From Pocillopora damicornis (Eukaryota): 64,000 bases of DNA. The DNA lies in assembly GCF_003704095.1 (NCBI RefSeq), contig NW_020844790.1:310001-374000 (forward strand), given 5' to 3'. Both the position numbers and the translations under genes were made by a program. Below are positions 1 to 8,714 of this stretch, piece by piece. Under the pieces are notes generated by a model that was not told where the DNA came from, ran no database searches, and was given only the letters and a program-made list of their open reading frames with translations. How positions within the stretch are numbered: position 1 is the stretch's first letter; each line of letters opens with the position of its first letter.

Positions 1-240
1 GCCCGCCAGAGCATCAGCAAGATCGAATTGAAAATCAAAACTGTTATCTCTAAGAGCTGCAAATTCGGCTAAAGTTCCTTCTAGTTTTTCACACAGAAGC
101 ATTCCCCTTAGCACACCCTGACTCGCAGAGGCGCCAATACCTAGAGCATTGAACAACAGATCGTAAGACGTGTCCTTAAACGCTGCCCACAAAGCATCAT
201 TTTGAGTAGGACGAGCCCTCGAAACTTTTGGAGTGTAATC
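1..240 (-). pseudogene. 5'-truncated paralog (copy A) of the 995-aa secreted protein; continues off the left edge
   Basis: The minus strand reads DYTPKVSRARPTQNDALWAAFKDTSYDLLFNALGIGASASQGVLRGMLLCEKLEGTLAEFAALRDNSFDFQFDLADALAG, colinear with about 9800-10040 of the intact gene. Homology stops abruptly at about 240. Confidence 0.8.
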
Positions 241-545
241 ACTCATGGAAATTTAGAGAAAATGAATAGACGTAAGAAGGAAAAAAGCGTAAAAAGAGAA
301 ACTTTGTTTTGACCACTGTTAACTGTCACTGAAATTGGCTAAAGGTTCTCAAATTTGCTTGAATATAATTAGCCAAGCCTAAAAGAGGAGCTCCAGTTAA
401 TTTATTTCACAGCCCTTCGCTTTGTCAAAACTCCTCTCTGGCTGGTTATTCACGAATTTAGAGACCATGTATTAATTATGTAGAGGGAGCAGAGGATCAA
501 AGGTTTTTTTTTGGAATTTAAAGGGGGTTTGATCTGCTTTCGTAT

Positions 546-950
546 GTTACGGAACCCATCAAGAGAATTTTGAATAGCCACAACGTTAAAGTTGCTCAAA
601 AACCTTTTCAGACTTTGGGGCATATTTTCGCCAAACCTAAGGATCCTGTCACGAAAGAACAACGAACCGACGCCATTTATTCTATTCCTTGCAATGACTG
701 TGACAACGAATACATCGGACAGACCCAAATATCAGTTTAGTACACGTTTGAAAGAGCATCAAAAAGCGGTTTTCTTTTGCAAAAAAGAAAATTCAGCTTT
801 GTCGGAGCCCACCTGCCCAACTAACCATGCAATTGGGTGGAATATTAACTCCGCCCACGCTCCTTTAAATCGTGATAATAGCGGCTTACTTCCTGACGCC
901 TATTTACACCTAGTCAGAAAAAAAGCAGCTAATACATGTAATAAGGTAAC
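546..950 (+). mobile_element. Penelope-like element fragment (GIY-YIG endonuclease), frameshifted
   Basis: Reads VTEPIKRILNSHNVKVAQKPFQTLGHIFAKPKDPVTKEQRTDAIYSIPCNDCDNEYIGQT, then a frameshift, then FSTRLKEHQK. This is the IY-x-IPC-xx-C-xxx-YIGQT...RLKEH motif of the PLE GIY-YIG domain. Confidence 0.85.
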
Positions 951-1544
951 TTAAGCAAAATTGTATATTCCCTCCATTTTTATCAGTGAAAACATGCAGG
1001 CTACAGACTTGGCTGTTGCAAAAACAAACTGTTTCACAACTTTTTAGTGTTTTTAAGCTACAAAAGAATAGATATGCTGAACAGTTACATTACAAAGTTA
1101 AAAGTTTGAAAGCTGAATGGTTTACATTACACTCATGAAACCCCTCTTACCATCCGGGCAATTTAATGCCATAACTTACTTTACCCAATCATGCTTACAG
1201 AAATAATTCTTTGTCACTTTTTGGGTATATGTCCTACCAAACACGCAAATACAAACTTTTAAAGCATCTCAGGGTATATAATTGTACAGGTCTTATAGAA
1301 GGCACAGTCCTGTAAAGTAAGTGACATTTCAAATATTATCCCAGGAAACTGTAATCTTCAGATTTAAGCCAAAACTTAGGCATTTTAAAACAGAGGGCTG
1401 AGGTTTCCAACGTCACCCATGCTGTTGTTGTAGCTGAACCATCCTGTTGCAAGGGAGAACATCAGAGGTTACACACATATACAAATAAGTAACTGAATTA
1501 ACAGTTTTTAATTTAATTTAAAGAAAGCAACAAAACTTTTAAGT

Positions 1545-1590
1545 CTGTAGTACATGTTTCGACGGAAACTTCTTTCATCTTCAGTTAATT
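1545..1590 (-). ncRNA. Degenerate minimal type I hammerhead ribozyme of a Penelope pLTR
   Basis: Minus strand CUGAAGA-U-GAAAGAAG/UUUCCGUC-GAAAC-AU-GUA. Both core boxes and the palindromic ACAUGU stem III are present. Stem II has mismatches and stem I is not evident. Confidence 0.6.
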
Positions 1591-2190
1591 AATGTACAAA
1601 GCGTTGGAAGTTGAATTTCTATGGTAAGTAGAACAATGCTAATTATGATAAATGGTGATAACAAGAAAAGAGGTGAAGCATGAAAGTGAGAGAATTAAAA
1701 GGATAGTTTTAGATTTACATGGTGTAATTGTTGATTCAAGGATGGTTGTTCTTTTTGAATATATGAATAGCCTCTTTAATCTTGAGTTGGAAACCGGTAG
1801 AGGCGTGATCCAAAACATGGAAGCTATCTGCTGAACACAAAGCGCGACAATGAGCAGAATCTTGCAGATGCTTGAAAATCTGAGAGGCCCTGTCACTGAA
1901 AAAGTGCTCTCTAACACGTGTGGAAAAATGACGGCACGTTTCGCCGACGTAACAAGCATTACAACCAGCACATACAAACTTATAAACCACACGTGAACGG
2001 AGCCCGTCAGGGACAGGGTCTTTCACACCAAACAAGTTGCCGATCTTAGTATCCAAGTCATTGCAATAGGGCTTGATAAAATGGCGAATCTTTTTTTGTG
2101 TGATAGCAGAAAAATGGCCTATATAGGGTAGCTTAAAGTAAAACGTAGGTGAAGTGGTGGGAAGGGGACCCCTGGGATGACGATTGCATT
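1545..2190 (-). mobile_element. Penelope-like element 3' fragment (GIY-YIG domain plus 3' pLTR region)
   Basis: ORF 1736-2056 reads KDPVPDGLRSRVVYKFVCAGCNACYVGETCRHFSTRVREH...LKIKEAIHI. It is preceded by FYFKLPYIGHFS. Confidence 0.9.
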
Positions 2191-2656
2191 TACTTTATCA
2201 CCTGTTGTTTTCTTTCCCCAGCAACTAGCTAACCCTTTAACTCCTAAAAGTTATCAATATGTAACTTCTCACTAACACATCTATTCATCATCCAGCAAAC
2301 AGGTAAGGAGATCAGTTAATGTAACATTCAAACCCAGCAGGAAGAGGTTGTTCAGTTGATCTTACACAGAATCCTCTTAAGTAATTACAAAAAGAGTAAG
2401 AAAAAGAACTGAAGTAATAAAAGTTCATTTTCATGTATTTTTGGTAATTAATTTTTTTAATCAATAATTTAACACTGACCTTACTGAACAAATACTTAAA
2501 ATGGAAACCTACCTTATTAGTATGGGTACGAACCGAGAGCCAACCGACTGGATACGAAAACGCAACTTCTTCACACCAAATGCTAACAAGCCATATAACT
2601 TTCATCTGTCTTTGTATCTTGATTGCTATAAAATTCATACTTTTGAATTCATTTAG

Positions 2657-3440
2657 ATTACCTAGTGAATTGTAAGTGCGGCGATTATAGCGTTGCCGAA
2701 ACAGACTGGGCAGCTTGTCTCATTGCAAGAAAAGGAAACTGTCCCAATAATTTCATCAAACTTGACGATGATGGTGCTTGTGCACCAGGTAACATAGGAG
2801 ACCGCCATGGAAGGACTGGGTGTGTTGCCTTATGACCCAAAATACTGAGTTTAAGGTAAATTTAATTTGAAACAAGTGGGTGTTAAAAGAAAATAAATTT
2901 GAAAGATTCCTTGGCTTGAAATATTACAGAAAGCTCCGTGTATAATAAGCTTTTATTTCGGTTTATCTCAGATTTTAAAAAATGGTAATCAGCCTACAAA
3001 TATATTCGTCAAAGCACCTAAAAATCCTTAGTTCTACAACAAATTTAAGGATTAACATTAGAGGCCATTGAAATAGTCTTTCTTCCACGGTGATCTTTCG
3101 GTGACTTCAACGATCTCCCAAATTGATCACATGGTCTTCACTTTGTTCTCGTTTTCAGCGCTGTAGTTTTCTTCAAGTTTGGCTAAACTGTTAAATTATT
3201 TGCTTATTAATCATCATTTATTTAATGGTCCATTTTCTTTCAAATTGTGTAACATTTATTTATTTTTGCTTCATAAAATTACAGAACTAATTCAGTGTTG
3301 CCTTCATAATTTCGTAGCGGTCGAATTTTTGTGTTTCAAATGCCTGGCACATGTTATCTCCCCACAGATAAGGGATTAACCATGTCTGGCAGGAAAATAA
3401 GCAAGCAATGACGAAGCAAAGAAGACTCAAACACCAATAA
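2657..3440 (+). pseudogene. Pseudogene (exons 2 and 3 only) of the small Cys-rich peptide gene at 14133-15667
   Basis: Exon 2657-2855 is 199 nt against 200 nt in the intact gene (-1 frameshift) and reads YLVNCKCGDYSVAETDWAACLIARKGNCPNNFIKLDDDGAC..WKDWVCCLMTQNTEFK. Exon 3 starts at 3368 and has TAA stops at 3377 and 3398. Exon 1 was not found. Confidence 0.9.
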
Positions 3441-3959
3441 TTTTGTTAAAAAGCATAGACTTGTTCCAATAATTTTCTTCCAAAATAAACAATTTCTGGA
3501 AATTATTGAATTTGTATCTTAAATGGTGACAGTATAATGGCTATCGCCGAATATCGTGCTCTTTTGTCTTAATTTTTCGAAGGGGAGTGGTATCTGTCCA
3601 CATCCCTCTAATTGCTCGTATCCATGGCCCTCGAAAAACATGCTCGTAACAGCCCTAAGCACGTACCTACCATTTTTCAGTTCGCATAATTCTCAAGAAC
3701 ATAATTGCTTCTTTTTTCGTCCAAAAAGTTGAAATTTGCTTCCTAAAAGCTCCCCTTGGGAGTTTGTGCGGGTATTTTATTGAATTCAACTGAGATGGTT
3801 GACGTTTATTTATGATCACTGGAACATTTTCAAATCGCTTTTGTTTTCAATCTGTCCGATGAATTTTGAAGAGGCGCTTTAACAGCTGGTTCTCTTTCCC
3901 AGAGCTCGGAAATAAACAAGTCATTCTCGATTCCTATTCAGATGGGATAATTTTACCAA

Positions 3960-4090
3960 GCTTGTTCGGTCAAGATGGCTAGATATATGAGCCATTTTCG
4001 CGTCCTTATAGACGGAATCAAAGCAAATTCAAGGTCTATGAGAACTCGATCAATATCTCGTCATCTTGACCTCGCGCTTGGTCAATAACG
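3960..4090. repeat. Short palindromic MITE-like repeat
   Basis: GGTCAAGATGGCTAGATAT ... ATATCTCGTCATCTTGACC form imperfect inverted arms. Confidence 0.5.
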
Positions 4091-4909
4091 TATATGTAAT
4101 GATTGCATTCCAAGAAATAGGAAAGGTTCACTTTATCCTCTCTTGATATCCACTCCTATGCAAAGGGCCAAAGTATCCTATTCAATTTCATTTAAAGTGT
4201 CGTACAATAATAGGTTTTCTCACCGGAACTTGTACTTGTTAACGATTTCCCTAAGTCAGACGTATAGCAACATTCAAGGGTAAAAATTATTACCTGGCAT
4301 ACGGCATGCACTATTTCTTGCTGTTAAAAGAAAATTTGTTTTTGAGAACCAAACAGAACTAAACGGAATTCAAAAGGCGTCGCCGCAGTTGAAATTGAAT
4401 TATATGCCAGGAGATGATAATATGTCACTAAAAGAAACAAGTTTCAAAATAAAAGTGAGCCAGTTTTAACATAATGCAGGATTCGTAATGCGGGTCTTAA
4501 ATTTCCGTATCCGTTATTCCATTTTATCTTGTCTTATCTTGTCTTATTTAGTAAACTATTTTGCCTTTGCTGGCGTTGTAAGTGTCTTAGAGAATGGATC
4601 CCGAGCTCCTGGAACAACTTCGATAGATTAATTGAAATGGAAAAAACGCACCAAAGATATATCATTTTTAATAGTATCACTCAGAATCATTTGAAAAATA
4701 TCAGGAAAGCATTTGTGACAAACACTGAGTATACTTTCAATAACGGAATTTTCTAATTATTAAATAAATTAAACCTAACCTGTGCTCAATCAATATGGCA
4801 AATTCAATCGAGTGAAATCACAGAATTCTTATTCAATCACATTTTTTCTTGAAGTAGGGTGCATTTAATCCCAACCTCTCATTCTGAAAGTCTCCGAGCA
4901 ATAGTCTAG

Positions 4910-6803
4910 CTAGCTAGGTTCCGTTGCCACATCTTCATTTCCCTTTTCACAATAATATCCCCTTAAATTTATGACTGATTTTGTTGGGCATAAATTGGGG
5001 TTGGGAAATGGGCATGAGGTGGGAGATGGGCAGGAAGTACACTCTCTGTTCCTCCAATCTGAGCGGTAAGTATTCCCAGCGCAACATCCAAAGGCTGCAC
5101 TGTCGCTGAGTCGTTCTATAACGCGCCTTTTCTTGACTTGAGGGTGAAACCTAAGCTTAACTTTTCAGATGATCAAAAGATTTGTGGCGGCATTTGGTGC
5201 GTTCCAAGTCAAGTCTTCTCCCCCTGACACCTTGGTGAAGCTGATCTTCCATGTGGACAGAATAGTGGGCATAAGAACTTCGGGTTTGGGTGTCACTCTG
5301 GTACTGGTATCACATATTGTGGGAAGATTGTCACAAAGACTGTATGGATTAGGCGTCTCTTTCCCATTTGGGCATCGATGAAATCCTTCGGTGTATGTTG
5401 TGACGTAGTTGCTGTCAGCTAACGGTACGTTGTACACGACTTCACCAGTTTCAGTGAATGAGCTGCCTGCTACGCATGTCAGCACAACACGGGTTCTTGA
5501 ATATTCTTTGTCACTTCCCGTTTTATATTCTTTAAGAGGAAGGTACAACTTGAAACTTTGCACAAATGGTGCCAAATTCTCTCCACGCGCCATTCAGTTG
5601 TATTTGCGTAACTACGATCGCCGCGCTGGAACACGGTAGGTAACAGGATTCCCTTTTGCCAGGGAGGGCAGATTAATAAAAGATGTATCGAACTTATTCT
5701 CAGGACGGGTTGGTATGTATACAGATCTTTCCTCTTCGTGAAATGTTGTAATTGAGTCATGCGATTAGAGTGTCTAAGTTATGTTCGGTAAAGAATCCAG
5801 TCGACGAACACTCGCTGATTTTCTTGCCCTGCTTGAGGTACTCCAGCTTATCGCAGCACTAGACAGCATGTGACTGAAGACGGTATTATGCGATAAAAAA
5901 GCCCAGCATAAGCTGACTTGCGCTCAGAAGGTCATTTGAAACTGTGATAGATTGTTCTAGCTTCTTAGCGACATCGCCACGAACAACGCCTGCTAAAGCA
6001 TCGACAAGATCAAATTGAAAATCGAAAATATTCTCTCTAAGGGCTGCAAATTCGGCTAAAGTTCCTTCCAGTTTTTCAAACAAAAGCATTCCTCCTACCA
6101 CACCCTGAGTTGAAGACACGCCAACACCTTGAGCACTGAACAACAGGTCACAAGTTGAGTCCTTGAAGGCCGCCCACAGAGCATCATTTTGAGCAAGTCG
6201 AGCCTTCGAAACTTTTGGAGTGTAATCTCCATAGCCTTTAATAAACTTGGCAGCACCAAAGCCAATTTCTACAATCTTGTTCTTCTTAATGGCTTCGACC
6301 ATGTCGTAAAGGTTTGAAATCTGAGCTGCATTATCTTTGAAATCTCTCGCTAAGGCTGACAAATCCTCGTACACGCTTGCAAGATTAACCATTAAAGCAA
6401 CACCTTTGCCAGCTTCGGCAATAGCCCTTGCGACCCCTGCTGTTTGCTCATAGATATCGCCTGCTTCTACTCCGCCAAATATTACCTTCAAGGGATTCGA
6501 GTTCTCCGCGATCTTAAGTCCCAGAACAAGACTTTCTTCTGCTACTTGGAGGGCCTGAGCTGTTATTAAAGCTTTCATAGCACCTTGAACATCTTTTTCC
6601 AGCTTGCGAGACAGAGTTCCAGCCCTGTTGTCAAACTCCTTTAATTTATCCTTAAGGAACGTTACGTCCGCTTGGGCAATACCTTGATCGTATTCTGCAA
6701 GGCCTTTGAAATACCCGGAAATGCCTTTCACAGCGGTTTGCAAATTTTCGTCTAAGTTTCGGATGTTTCCTAAAAGCTCAATGTGCTGCAAAGTTTGAGT
6801 CTG
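4910..6803 (-). pseudogene. 5'-truncated pseudogene (copy B) of the 995-aa secreted protein
   Basis: Colinear with about 8720-10617. It has premature stops at about 5886, about 5594-5614 and 5165, plus indels near 5720-5860. It ends EDVATEPS*. The 3' flank at 4700-4900 is homologous to 8500-8715. Confidence 0.92.
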
Positions 6804-6854
6804 GGCGTCAATTTGAGTCAATTTGAGTCATTTTTGCATTTTTTATGTATTTTT

Positions 6855-7121
6855 ATGCATGCTATGTCGGCGGAACCTCTCGACATTTATTTATCCACAC
6901 GTGTGTATGAGCGCTTGATCAGTGATAGGACCTCTCGCATTTTCAAACATTCACAAAATTCTCAACAATGTCGCACTTTACGTTCTGATAAGTGTTATGG
7001 CATCTTAGATCACCCTTCCACAACTCTCCAACTTAAAATCAAAGAAGCTATTCACAATCAATGGGAGTAACCTACACTTACTCATTAACTTTACCATGTT
7101 AATTTGAAACTTTCCTTGTAA
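6855..7121 (+). mobile_element. Penelope-like element GIY-YIG fragment at the truncation point of copy B
   Basis: Reads CYVGGTSRH/LSTRVYERLISDRTSRIFKHSQNSQQCRTL...LDHPSTTLQLKIKEAIH. Same family as 1736-2056. Confidence 0.85.
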
Positions 7122-8714
7122 TTGCCTACATTGTTCTGTTTCTGTTGTTTGTTTTGTCCAACCAGCATTGTACAGTAGACTTTAAATTCAGTCTTATATT
7201 CTGATTATAAAAAGAAGTAAAAGTAGAAATCAAACAAAGTAAATTAAGGGAAAATAACCAACAAAAACAACTGAACTGATCCAAGGCGGCCATTAATCTT
7301 AGCTGGTGGCTCCGATTCTCCCACTGAATCAAGTACAATTCAAATTGGGGGGAAATTTTCTACCTGACGCTTTTAGATAACCTGGATGTCAGTCGTGAAC
7401 TTAGGAAAAGGGAAAACTAGCATTTAGAATTTAAAACATAATTTTTGCAACAAAACGAGCAGAAGAAATAACAGCCAAATTTTATCTAGGCCTTTAAAAA
7501 ATTTGAAAGGAATATGAAGATGAACGTCTCTTGAAATTTCTAAAAATAATTCGACCTTTCGAAAACTGTCGTGGAAGGAAACTTAACTTTGGGTGCCGCC
7601 ATTTGGGGTGCTGCCTAATAACCTAGTCGCTTTTTAATAACGTCTTTTCCCCATCTCTCAGTGACTGGTTTAAGCAGTTGTGAGCTTCAAAAAAGGCATT
7701 CTTGATTCATTGTCCACTACGAATTCTTAGCACATTTGAAAAGAACTTTTCGAAAAAATTAGGTTACTCGAAAACTTAGACAGAGTCAGAATTTCATTCG
7801 TACCCTTTTCTCAGAAAAACATTGGATAGTTGTACCATTGAGTGTAAGCGAATGCATCGTGCATGCGTTTCATTCATACTTTTCCTGTACGCGCCAGGAA
7901 GAGAATCATTAGCGTTAGACTACAACTGCTCATATTCTGGAACATATTGGCTCAGTGGCTTTGTCGTCAAATTAAATTTTACAGAGATTTTAGGCATTCT
8001 TGCTTGTTCTTCTGGTTCTCAAGATTCTAAAACATGGTACATTTTATGCCTAAAGTTAGCATATGCCATGCAGCCTTGCCTTCCCTACCCACGTAGATTT
8101 TTGAACTGTCATTATATTTTTTTCTGAGCGCCAAAGAGAACAAAACCCAAGAGTCTCAACACGCCATTTTCGTCTCAGCGCTCAATGGCGTTTAAGTTAA
8201 AATTAAATTCCATACCAAAAGATGACAAGGAGTCAGTACAGGTAACAAGTATCCCATTTTAAGTCAGGTGTATGAGAGGAATGCACAGAGACAAATTTGT
8301 CTTTTTCCTGTCATAAAAACATCGTATGGTCTCTTTAATAGCGTTATCTTAAATCATCTTATTATTTAGTTATCGATTCCCTTTTTTCGTCTTTGTCGGC
8401 ATTATAACCCTCCTGGACGATAGAATTCAAAGAACGTACAATTTAATAGCATTAGAGATGAATATAACGCAATAAATATTTATCTGAGATTTAATTCGTT
8501 CATTTGAACAATATTACTGTCGAATTTGTCACAAAAACTCAGAGGACTTGATACCGGTATTTCCTAATTCTTGAAAACCTAAATCTAAACTATTCTAATC
8601 ATTCATGCGATTGTTAATCGAGCGAGATCACATCACTTTTAATCACTCGAACTGTTTTCTAAGGCAGTGTGTATTTGATCATGATCTCTCGTTCCGACGT
8701 GTTAAAGTAGAACC

